Assembly: GCA_030390025.1 (NCBI GenBank)
Contig: JASTWF010000034.1
Location: forward strand, 620,001 to 684,000
Length of the DNA stretch: 64,000 bases
DNA from: Squalus acanthias
Lineage: Eukaryota
Reading direction: 5' to 3'
Below the pieces are notes generated by a model. The model had not been told where the DNA came from and did no database searches. It saw only the letters and a list, made by a program, of their open reading frames with translations. Positions 46,925-57,900 of this stretch are shown here, piece after piece (the first letter of the stretch is position 1; each line of letters opens with the position of its first letter). The position numbers and the translations under genes are program-made.

Positions 46925-48990
46925 ACATAGATACATAGATACATAGAAGATAGGAGCAGGAGTAGGCCATCCGGCCCTTCGAGCCTGCTCCGCCATTTAA
47001 TGAGATCATGGCTGATCCTTCAATTCAGTATCCCGTCCCCGCCTTCTCTCCGTAACCCTTAACCCCTTTTGCCTGTAGAAATATATCTAATTCCCTCTTA
47101 AATATATTTAATGAGCTGGCGTACACTGCCCTCTGTGGCAATGAGTTCCACAGGTTCACCACTCTCTGAGTGAAGAAATTCCCCCTCATTTCTGTCCTAA
47201 ATGGTTTAGCCCTTATCCTTAAATTATGTCCTCTAGTTCTGTTCTCACCCGCCAAGGGAAACATTCCTTCTGCATCTAATCTGTCTAGACCTGTCAGAAT
47301 TTTATACACTTCTATGAGGTCCCCTCTCAATCTTCTAAACTCCAGTGTGTACATCCCTAAACTACATAGTCTCTCCTCATAGGTCAATCCCGCCATTCCT
47401 GGTATCAGCCTGGTGAATCGCCGCTGCACCCCCTCCATGGCAAGAACATCTTTCCTCAGATGAGGCGACCAAAACTGTACACAGTACTCGAGGTGTGGTC
47501 TCACCAGTGCCCTGTACAGCTGCAGCAAGGTATCCCTGTTCCTGTATTCCAACCCTTTTGCTATGAAGGCCAGCATACCGTTTGCCTTCTTGACCGCCTG
47601 TTGCACCTGCATGCTCGCCTTCAGTGACTGGTGTACAAGAACACCCAGGTCTCTCTGTACTTCCCCCTCTCCCAATTTATTGCCATTTAAATAATAATTT
47701 GCCCTCCCGTTCCTGCACCCAAGGTGGATAACTTCGCACTTGTCCACATTATAGTGCATCTGCCATTTATCCGCCCAATCACCCAGTCTGTCCAAATCGC
47801 TCTGGAGCTTCCTGGTCTCCTCCTCTGAGCCCACCCCCCCTCCTAGTTTAGTGTCGTCTGCAAATTTGGAAATGCTGCATTCGACTCCCTGATCCAGGTC
47901 ATTAATATAAATTGTGAACAGCTGGGGACCCAGGACAGATCCCTGTGGTACCCCACTTGTTACTGCCTGCCATTCAGAAAATGAGCCGTTTATTCCAACT
48001 CTTTGTTTTCTATCTGACAGCCAGTTCTCTATCCACGTCAATACTTTCCCCTTTATCCCATGAGCTTCAATTTTCCATGCTAATCTTTTATGTGGGACCT
48101 TATCGAAGGCCTTTTGGAAGTCCAGGTACACCACATCTACTGGCTCTCCCCCATCTATTTTACCAGTTACTCCCTCAAAAAATTCCAATAGATTAGTCAA
48201 GCACGATTTACCCTTTGTAAATCCATGTTGACTCTGTCCTATCCTGTCCCCATTTGCTAAGTGCTCGGCTATTTCATCCTTAATGATGGACTCCAGCATT
48301 TTGCCCACAACTGATGTAAGGCTTACAGGTCTGTAATTACCTGCTTTTTCCCTACCCCCCTTTTTGAATAGTGGGGTAACGTTAGCTACCCTCCAATCCA
48401 TGGGCACTGTTCCCGAGTCTAATGAATTCTGAAAAATCATGCTTAGTGCATCCGCTATCTCTAGGGCCACCTCCTTCAGTACCCTAGGATGCATGTTATC
48501 AGGCCCTGGGGATTTGTCCGCCTTCAATCCCTTTAGCTTCCTTAACACCATATCCTTAGAGATATTGATTTGCGTCAGTTCCTCCTTTGCCAATGTCCCT
48601 ATTTTTCCCGATATCCCAGGGAGGTTTTTTGTGTCTTCCTTCGTAAAGACTGACCCAAAGTATGCATTTAGTTGGTCTGCCATTTCCTTATTTCCCATTA
48701 TATATTCCCCCGTATCTGACTGCAATGGACCAACTTTGGTTTTCACCAGTCTTTTCCTCTTGATATACTTATAAAAGCTTTTGGAGTTAGTTTTTATATT
48801 TTCCGCCAGCTTGCTTTCGTAAGCTATTTTGCCCTTCTTGATTAAGCCCTTTGCCCTCCTTTGCTCTATCTTAAACTGTTCCCAATCTTCCGCTCTGGCG
48901 CGTTTTTTGGCTATTTTATACGCCCTATCTTTGGATTTTATGCTGTCTCTAATTTCCCCTGTTATCCACGGTTGAGTCACCTTTTTAGAT
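46925..48990 (-). mobile_element. Young 5'-truncated CR1 LINE inserted in the 31-bp satellite
   Basis: Uninterrupted ORF2 portion, CR1 3' UTR, an (ATCTATGT)n octamer tail at 46925-46948, and CTCCT on both sides (46920-46924 and 48991-48995). Confidence 0.96.
47025..48980 (-). CDS. CR1 ORF2 reverse transcriptase, 651 open codons, lacking the endonuclease domain
   Basis: KSPGPD, NYRPVSLTS, QHGFTKGKSCLTNL, YLDFQKAFDKVPH, GVPQGSVLGP, KFADDTKL and FFTQRVVNLWNSLP with no stops. There is no native ATG because the element is 5'-truncated. Confidence 0.9.
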   Translation of the reverse strand: MTQPWITGEIRDSIKSKDRAYKIAKKRARAEDWEQFKIEQRRAKGLIKKGKIAYESKLAENIKTNSKSFYKYIKRKRLVKTKVGPLQSDTGEYIMGNKEMADQLNAYFGSVFTKEDTKNLPGISGKIGTLAKEELTQINISKDMVLRKLKGLKADKSPGPDNMHPRVLKEVALEIADALSMIFQNSLDSGTVPMDWRVANVTPLFKKGGREKAGNYRPVSLTSVVGKMLESIIKDEIAEHLANGDRIGQSQHGFTKGKSCLTNLLEFFEGVTGKIDGGEPVDVVYLDFQKAFDKVPHKRLAWKIEAHGIKGKVLTWIENWLSDRKQRVGINGSFSEWQAVTSGVPQGSVLGPQLFTIYINDLDQGVECSISKFADDTKLGGGVGSEEETRKLQSDLDRLGDWADKWQMHYNVDKCEVIHLGCRNGRANYYLNGNKLGEGEVQRDLGVLVHQSLKASMQVQQAVKKANGMLAFIAKGLEYRNRDTLLQLYRALVRPHLEYCVQFWSPHLRKDVLAMEGVQRRFTRLIPGMAGLTYEERLCSLGMYTLEFRRLRGDLIEVYKILTGLDRLDAEGMFPLAGENRTRGHNLRIRAKPFRTEMRGNFFTQRVVNLWNSLPQRAVYASSLNIFKRELDIFLQAKGVKGYGEKAGTGY

Positions 48991-51900
48991 CTCCTGTCTC
49001 TTTAAAAAGCCAGTGTGACTGGTCCTGTCTCTTCAAAAGCCTGTGTGCCTGGTCTCAACTCTTTAGAAAGCCTGTGTGACTGGTCCTGTCTTTGTAAAAG
49101 CCTGTATGAATCATCCTGTCCCTTTAAAAAGCTTGTGTGACTGGTCCTGTCTCTTTAAAAATCGTGTGTGACTGAACCTGTCTCTTCAAAAAGCCTGTGT
49201 GACTGATCCTGTCCCTTCAAAAAGCCTGTGTGACTGGTCCTGTCTCTTTAAAAAGCCTGTGTGACTGGTCCTGTCTCTTTAAAAAGCCTGTGTGACTGGA
49301 CCTGTCTCTTCAAAAAGCCTGTGTGACTGGTCCTGTCTCTTTAAAAAGCCTGTGTGACTGGTCCTGTCTCTTTAGAAAGCCTGCATGACTGATCCTTGCT
49401 CTTTAAAAAGACAGTGTGACTGGTCCTCTCTCTCTAAAAAGCATGTGTGACTGGTCCTGTCTCTTTAAAAAGCCTGTGTGACTGGTCCTGCCTCTTTTAA
49501 AAGCCTGTGTGACTGGCCCTGTCTCTTTTAAAAGCCTGTGTGACTGGTCCTGTCTCTATAAAAAGCCTGTGTGTTTGCTCCTGTCTCTTGAAAAAGCATG
49601 TGTGACTGGTCCTCTCCCTCTAAAAAGCCTGTGTGACTGATCCTGTCTCTTCAAAAAGCCTGTGTGACTGGTCCTGTCTCTTTAAAAAGCCTGTGTGACT
49701 GGTCATGTCTCTTTAAAAAGCCTGTGTGACTGGTCCTGTCTCTTTAAAAAGCCTGTTTGACTGATCCTGTCTCTTCAAAAAGCCTGTGTGACTGGTCATG
49801 TCTCTTTAAAAAGCCTGTGTGACTGGTCCTGTCTCTTTAAAAAGCATGTGTGAGTGGCCCTGTCTCTTTAGAAAGCCTGTGTGACTGGTCCTGTCTCAAT
49901 AGAAAGCCTGTGTGACTGGTCCTGTGTCTTTAAAAAGCCTGTGTGAGTGGCTCTGTCTCTTTAGAAAGCCTGTGTGACTGGTCCTGGCTCTTTAAAAAGC
50001 CAGAGTGAGTGGCCCTGTCTCTTTAGAAAGCCTGTATGACTGGTCATGTCTCTTTATAAAGCTTTGTGTGACTGGTCCTGTCTCAATAGAAAGCCTATGT
50101 GACTGGTCCTGTGTCTTTAAAAAGCCTGTGTGACTGGTCCTGTCTCTTTAAAAAGCCCGTGTGACTGGTTCTGTCTCAGAAGAAAGCTTGTATGATTGGT
50201 CCTTCCTCATTAAAAAGCCAGTGTGAGTGGGCCTGTCTCTTTAAAATGCCTGTGTGACTGGTCCTGTCTCTTTAAAACGCCTGTGTGACTGGTCCTGTCT
50301 CTTCTCAAAGCCTGTGTTACTGGTCCTGCCCCTTCAAAAAGCCAGTGTGACTGGTCCTGTCTCTTTAAAAAGCCTGCGGGACTGGACCTGTCTCTTTAAA
50401 AAGCCTGTGTGACTGGTCCTGTCTCTTTAAAAAGCCCGTGTGACTGGTTCTGTCTCATAAGAAAGCTTGTATGATTGGCTTTTTAAAGTGCAAGGACCAG
50501 TGTGAGTGGGCCTGTCTCTTTAAAAAGCTTGTATGACTGCTCCTGTCTCTTTAAAAAGCCTGTGTGACTGGTCCTCTCTCTTCAAAACCTGTGTGACTGG
50601 TCCTGACTCTTTAAAAAGCCTGTGTGACTGGTCCTGTCTCTTTAAAAAGCCCGTGTGACTGGTTCTGTCTCAGAAGAAAGCTTGTATGATTGGTCCTTCC
50701 TCTTTAAAAAGCCAGTGTGAGTGGGCCTGTCTCTTTAAAAAGCCTGTGTGACTGGTCCTGTCTCTTTAAAACGCCTGTGTGACTGGTCCTGTCTCTTCTC
50801 AAAGCCTGTGTTACTGGTCCTGCCCCTTCAAATAGCCAGTGTGACTGGTCCTGTCTCTTTAAAAAGCCTGCGGGACTGGACCTGTCTCTTTAAAAAGCCT
50901 GTGTGACTGGTCCTGTCTCTTTAAAAAGCCCGTGTGACTGGTTCTGTCTCATAAGAAAGCTTGTATGATTGGCTTTTTAAAGTGCAAGGACCAGTGTGAG
51001 TGGGCCTGTCTCTTTAAAAAGCTTGTATGACTGCTCCTGTCTCTTTAAAAAGCCTGTGTGACTGGTCCTCTCTCTTCAAAACCTGTGTGACTGGTCCTGA
51101 CTCTTTAAAAAGCCTGTGTGACTGGTCCTGTCTCTTTAAAAAGCCCGTGTGACTGGTTCTGTCTCACAAGAAAGCTTGTGTGACTGGTCCTTGCTCTTTA
51201 AAAGCCAGTGTGAGTGGTCCTGTCTCTTTAAAAAGCCTGTGTGACTGTCCTGTCTCTTTAAACGCTGTGTGACTGGTCCTGTCTCTTCTCAAAGCCTGTG
51301 TTACTGGTTCCTGCCCCTTCAAATAGCCAGTGTGACTGGTCCTGTCTCTTTAAAAAGCCTGCGGGACTGGACCTGTCTCTTTAAAAGCCTGTGTGACTGG
51401 TCTGTCTCTTTCAAAAGCCCGTGTGACTGGTTCTGTCTCATAAGAAAGCTTGTATGATTGGATTTTTAAAGTGCAAGGACCAGTGTGAGTGGGCCTGTCT
51501 CTTTAAAAAGCTTGTATGACTGCTCCTGTCTCTTTAAAAGCCTGTGTGACTGGTCCTCTCTCTTCAAAAGCCTGTGTGACTGGTCCTGACTCTTATAAAA
51601 GCCTGTGTGACTGGTCCTGACTCTTTAGAAAGCCAGTGTGACTGGTCCTGTCTCTTCAAAAGCCTGTGTGCCTGGTCTCAACTCTTTAGAAAGCCTGTGT
51701 GACTGGTCCTGTCTTTGTAAAAGCCTGTATGAATCATCCTGTCCCTTTAAAAAGCTTGTGTGACTGGTCCTGTCTCTTTAAAAATCGTGTGTGACTGAAC
51801 CTGTCTCTTCAAAAAGCCTGTGTGACTGATCCTGTCCCTTCAAAAAGCCTGTGTGACTGGTCCTGTCTCTTTAAAAAGCCTGTGTGACTGGTCCTGTCTC

Positions 51901-54900
51901 TTTAAAAAGCCTGTGTGACTGGTCCTCTCTCTCTAAAAAGCCTGTGTGACTGATCCTGTCCCTTCAAAAAGCCTGTGTGACTGGTCCTGTCTCTTTAAAA
52001 AGCCTGTGTGACTGGTCCTGTCTCTTTAAAAAGCCTGTGTGACTGATCCTTGCCCTTTAAAAAGACAGTGTGACTGGTCCTCTCTCTCTAAAAAGCATGT
52101 GTGACTGGTCCTGTCTCTTTAAAAAGCCTGTGTGACTGGTCCTGCCTCTTTTAAAAGCCTGTGTGACTGGCCCTGTCTCTTTTAAAAGCCTGTGTGACTG
52201 GTCCTGTCACTATAAAAAGCCTGTGTGTTTGCTCCTGTCTCTTGAAAAAGCATGTGTGACTGGTCCTCTCCCTCTAAAAAGCCTGTGTGACTGGCCCTGT
52301 CTCTTTTAAAACCTGTGTGACTGATCCTGTCTCTTCAAAAAGCCTGTGTGACTGGTCCTGTCTCTTTAAAAAGCCTGTGTGAGTGGCCCTGTCTCTTTAG
52401 AAAGCCTGTGTGACTGGTCCTGTCTCAATAGAAAGCCTGTGTGACTGGTCCTGTGTCTTTAAAAAGCCTGTGTGAGTGACTCTGTCTCTTTAGAAAGCCT
52501 GTGTGACTGGTCCTGGCTCTTTAAAAAGCCAGAGTGAGTGGCCCTGTCTCTTTAGAAAGCCTGTATGACTGGTCATGTCTCTTTATAAAGCTTTGTGTGA
52601 CTGGTCCTGTCTCTTTAAAAAGCCCGTGTGACTGGTCCTGTCTCTTTAAAAAGCCTGTGTGACTGGTCCTGTCTCTTTAAAAGCCTGTGTGACTGGTCCT
52701 GGCTCTTTAAAAGCCTGTGTACTGGTCCTGTCTCTTTAAAAGCCTGTGTGACTGGTCCTGTCCTCTATAGAAAGCCTGTGTGACTGGTCCTGTCGTCTTA
52801 AAAAGCCTGTGTGACTGGTCCTGTCTCTTTAAAAAGCCTGTGTGACTGGTCCTGTCTCTTTAGAAAGCCTGTGTGACTGGTCCTGGCTCTTTTAAAAGCC
52901 AGTGTACGTGGCCTGTCTCTTTAAAAAGCCTGTGTGACTGGCCCTGTCTCTTTAGAAAGCCTGTGTGACTGGCCCTGTCTCTTCAAAAAGCCTGTGTGAC
53001 TGGTCCTGTCTCTTTAGAAAGCCTGTGTGACTGGTCCTGTCTCTTCAAAAAGCCTGTGTGACTGGTCCTGTCTCTTTAAAAGCCTGTGTGACTGGTCCTG
53101 TCTCTTTAAAAAGCCTGTGTGACTGGTCCTGTCTCTTTAGAAAGCCTGTGTGACTGGTCCTGTCTCTTTAAAAAGCCTGTGTGACTGGTCCTGTCTCTTT
53201 AAAAGCCTGTGTGAATGGTCCTGTCTCTTTAGAAAGCCTGTGTGACTGGTCCTGTCTCTTTAAAAAGCCTGTGTGAGTGGCCTGTCTCTTTAAAAAGCCT
53301 GTGTGACTGGTCCTGTCTCTTCAAAAGCCTGTGTGACTGGTCCTGTCTCTTTAAAAAGCCTGTGTGACTGGTCCTGTCTCTTCTAAAGCCTGTGTGACTG
53401 GTCCTGTCTCTTTAGAAAGCCTGTGTGACTGGTCCTGTCTCTTTAAAAGCCTGTGTGACTGTCCTGTCTCTTTAAAAGCTGTGTGACTGGTCCTGTCTCT
53501 TTAAAAAGCCTGTGTGACTGGTCCTGTCTCTTTAGAAAGCCTGCGTGACTGTCCTGCTCTTTAAAAAGCCTGTGTGACTGGTCCTGTCTCTTTTAAAAGC
53601 ATGTGTGACTGGTCCTGTCTCTATTAAAACGCCTGTGTGACTGGTCCTGTCTCTTTAAAAAGCCTGTGTGACTGGACATGTCTCTTTAAAAAGACTGTGT
53701 GACTGGTCCTGTCTCTTTAAAAAGCCTGTGTGACTGGTCCTGTCTCTTTAAAATGCCTGTGTGAATGGTCCTGTCTCTTCAAAAAGCCTGTGTGACTGGT
53801 CCTGTATCTTCAGAAAGCCTGCGTGACTGGTCCTGTTTCTTTAAAATGCCTGTGTGAATGGTCCTGTCTCTTCAAAAAGTCTGTGTGACTGGTCCTGTCT
53901 CTTTAAAAAGCCTGAGTGACTGGCCCTGTCTCTCTAAAAAGCCTGTGTGACTGGTGCTGTCTCTTTAAAAAGCATGTGTGTTTGGTCCTGTCTCTTTTAA
54001 AAGCCTGTGTGACTGGTCCTGTCTATCTAAAAAGCCTGCTTTACTGGTCCTGTGTCTCTAAAAAGCCTGTGTGACGGGCCCTGTCTCTCTAAAAAGCCTG
54101 TGTGACTGGTGCGGTCTCTTTAAAAAGCCTGCGTGACTGGTCCTGTCTCTTTAAAAAGCCTGTGTGACTGGTCCTGTCTCTTTAAAAAGCCTGTGTGAAT
54201 GGTCCTGTCTCTTCAAAAAGCCTGTGTGACTGTTCCTGTATCTTTAGAAAGCCTGCGTGACTGGTCCTGTTTCTTTAAAAAGCCTGTGTGACTGGTCCTG
54301 TCTCTCTAAAATGCCTGCGTGACTGGTCCTGTCTCTTTAAAAAGCCTGAGTGTCTGGCCCTGTCTCTCTAAAAAGCCTGTGTGACTGGTCCTGTCTCTTT
54401 AAAAAGCCTGTGTGAATGGTCTTGTCTCTATTTAAAAGCCTGTGTGACTGGTCCTGTCTATCTAAAAAGCCAGCGTTACTGGTCCTGTGTCTTTAAAAAG
54501 CCTGTGTGACTGGCCCTGTCTCTCTAAAATGCCTGTGTGACTGGTGCTATCTCTTCAAAAAGCCTGTGTGGTTGGACCTGTCTCTTTAAAAAGCCTGTGT
54601 GACAGTTCCTGTCTCTCTAAAATGCCTGCGTGACTGGTCCTGTCTCTTTACAAAGCCTGTGTGACTGGCCCTGTCTTTCTAAAAAGCCTGTGTGACTGGT
54701 GCTGTCTCTTTAAAAAGCCTGTGTGACTGGTCCTGTCTCTTTAAAAAGCCAGTGTGACTGGTCATGTCTCTTTAAAAAGCCAGTGTGTCTGGTCCAGTCT
54801 CTTTAAAAAGCCTGTGCGACTGGCCCTGTCTCTTTAAAAAGCCTGTGTGACTGGTCCTGTCTCTCTAAAAAGCCGTTGTGACAGGACCTGTCTCTTTAAA

Positions 54901-57900
54901 AAGCCTGTGTGACTGGTCCTGTCTCTTTAAAAAGCCTGTGTGGCTCGACCTGTCTCTTTAAAAAGCCTGCGTGAATGGTCCTGTCTCTTTAAAAAGCCTG
55001 TGTGACTGATCCTGTAACTTGAAAAAGCCTGGGTGACTGGTCCTATCTCTTCAAAAGCCTGTGTGACTGGTCCTGTCTTTCTAAAAAGCCTGTGTGACTG
55101 GTGCTGTCTCTTTAAAAAGCCTGTGTGACTGGTCCTGTCTCTTTAAAAAGCCAGTGTGACTGGTCATGTCTCTTTAAAAAGCCAGTGTGTCTGGTCCAGT
55201 CTCTTTAAAAAGCCTGTGTGACTGTTCATGTCTCTTCAAAAAGCCTGTGTGACTGGTCCTGTCTCTCTAAAAAGCCTGTGGGAATTGTCCTGTCTCTTCA
55301 AAAGCCTGTGTGACGGGACCTGTCTCTATAAAAAGCCTGTGTGACTGGTCCTGACTCTTTCTAAAGCCTGTGTGAATGTTCCTGTCTCTTCAGAAAGCCT
55401 GCGTGACTGATCCTTGCTTATTAAAAAGCATGTGTGACTGGTCCTGTCTCTTTAAAAAGCCTGTGTGACTGGTCCTATCTCTTTTAAAAGCCTGTGTGAA
55501 ATATCCTGTCTCTTCAAAAAGCCTGTGCGACTGTTCCTGTCTCTTCAAAAAGGCTGTGTAAGTGGTTCTGTCAATTTAGAAAGCCTGTGTGACTGGACCT
55601 GTCTCTTCAAAAAGCCTGTGTGACTGGTCCTGTCTCTTTAAAAAGCCTGTGTGACTGGTCCTGTCTCTTTAGAAAGCCTGTGTGAGTGGTCCTGGCTCTT
55701 TAAAAAGCCAGTGTGAGTGGTCCTGTCAATTTAGAAAGCCTGTGTGGCTGGTCCTGTCTCTTTAAAAAGCATGTGTGAGTGGTTCTGTCAATTTACAAAG
55801 CCTGTGTGACTGGTCCTGTCTCTTCAAAAAGCCTGTGTGACTGGTCCTGTCTCTTTTATAAGCATGTGTGACTGGTCCTGTCTCTTTAAAAGGCCTGTGT
55901 GAATGGTCCTGTATCATTAGAAAGCCTGTGTGACTGATCCTGGCTCTTTAGAAAGCCTGTGTGACTGGTCCTGGCTCGTTAGAAAGCCTGTGTGAATGAT
56001 CGTGTCTCTTTAGAAAGCTTGTGTGACTGGTCCTGTCTCTTTAAAAAGCCTGTGTGAGTGGTCCTGTCAATTTAGAAAGCCTGTGTGACTGGTCCTGTCC
56101 CTTTAAAAAGCATGTGTGAGTGGTTCTGTCAGTTTAGAAAGCCTGTGTGACTGCTCCTGTCTCTTCAAAAAGCCTGTGTGACTGGTCCTGTCTCTTTCAT
56201 AAGCATGTGTGACTGGTCCTGTCTCTTTAAAAGGCCTGTGTGAATGGTCCTGTATCATTAGAAAGCCTGTGTGACTGGTCCTGGCTATTTAAAAAGCCAG
56301 TGTGAGTGGCCCTGTCTCTTTAGAAAGCTTGTGTGACTGATCATGTCTCTTTAAAAAGCCTGTGTGACTGGTCCTGTCTCTTTAAAAAGCCTGTGTGAGT
56401 GGTCCTGTCAATTTAGAAAGCCTGTGTGACTGGTCCTGTCCCTTTAAAAAGCATGTGTGAGTGGTTCTGTCAGTTTAGAAAGCCTGTGTGACTGCTCCTG
56501 TCTCTTCAAAAAGCCTGTGTGACTGGTCATGTCTCTTTTATAAGCATGTGTGACTGGTCCTGTCTCTTTAAAAGGCCTGTGTGAATGGTCCTGTATCATT
56601 AGAAAGCCTGTGTGACTGGTCCTGGCACTTTAGAAAGCCTGTGTGACTGGTCCTGGGTCTTTAGAAAGCCTGTGTCAATGTTCCTGTCTCTTTAGAAAGC
56701 CTGTGTGACTGGTCCTGTCTCTTTAGAAAGCCTGTGTGAATGGTTCTGTCTTTTTAGAAAGCCTGCGTGACTGGGTCTGTCTCTTTAGAAAGCCTGTGTG
56801 AATGGTTCTGTCTTTTTAGAAAGCCTGCGTGACTGAGCCTTGCTCTTTAAAAAGACAGTGCGACTGGTCCTGTCTCTTTAAAAAGCCTGTGTAGTTGGTC
56901 CAGTCTCTCTAAAAAGCCTGTGTGACTGGTCCTGTCTCTTTAAAAAGCCTGTGTGACTGGTCCTGTCTCTTTAAAAAGCCTGTGTGACTGGTCCTGTCTC
57001 TCTAAAAAGCCTGTGTGACTGGTCCTGTCTCTTTAAAAAGCCTGTGTGACTGGTCCTGTCTCTTTAGAAAGCCTGCGTGACTGCTCCTGTCTCTTTAAAA
57101 AGCACGTGTGAATTGTCCTGTCTCTTCAAAAAGCCTGTGTGACTGGTCCTGTCTCTTTAAAAAGCCTGTGTGACTGGTCCTGTCTCTTTAAAAAGCCTGT
57201 GTGACTGGTCCTGTCTCTCTAAAAAGCCGTTGTGACTGGTCCTGTCTCTCTAAAAAGCCTGTGTGACTGGTCCTGTCTCTTTAAAAAGCCTGTGTGACTG
57301 GTCCTGTCTCTTTAAAAAGCCTGTGTGACTCGTCCTGACTCTTTAAAACGCTTGTGTGACTGCTCCTGTCTCTTTAAAAAGCCTGTGTGACTGGCCCTGT
57401 CTCTCTAAAATGCCTGTGTGACTGGTCCTGTCTCTTTAAAAAGCCTGTGTGGTTGGACCTGTCTCTTTAAAAAGCCTGTGTGACAGTTCCTGTCTCTCTA
57501 AAATGCCTGCGTGACTGGTCCTGTCTCTTTAAAAAGCCTGTGTGACGGGCTCTGTCTCTCTAAAAAGCCTGTGTGACTGGTGCTGTCTCTTTAAAAAGCC
57601 TGTGTGACTCATCCTGTCTCTTTAAAAAGCCTGTGTGACTGGTCCTGTCTCTTTAAAAAGCCTGTGTGTCTGGTCCAGTCTCTTTAAAAAGCCTGTGCGA
57701 CTGGCCCTGTCTCTTTAAAAAGCCTGTGTGACTGGTCCTGTCTCTCTAAAAAGCCGTTGTGACAGGACCTGTCTCTTTAAAAAGCCTGTGTGATTGGTCC
57801 TGTCTCTTTAAAAAGCCTGTGTGGCTCGTCCTGTCTCTTTAAAAAGCCTGCGTGAATGGTCCTGTCTCTTTAAAAAGCCTGTGTGACTGATCCTGTATCT

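Noticed and set aside
47025..48980. Intact RT as a domesticated gene or autonomous element
   Set aside because: No ATG, promoter, ORF1 or endonuclease. The tail and flanks show an ordinary 5'-truncated CR1 insertion.
51150..53600. Satellite stretches with many 1-bp indels and unusually consensus-like units
   Set aside because: The pattern resembles low-coverage or collapsed consensus error more than biology. It cannot be judged without reads.
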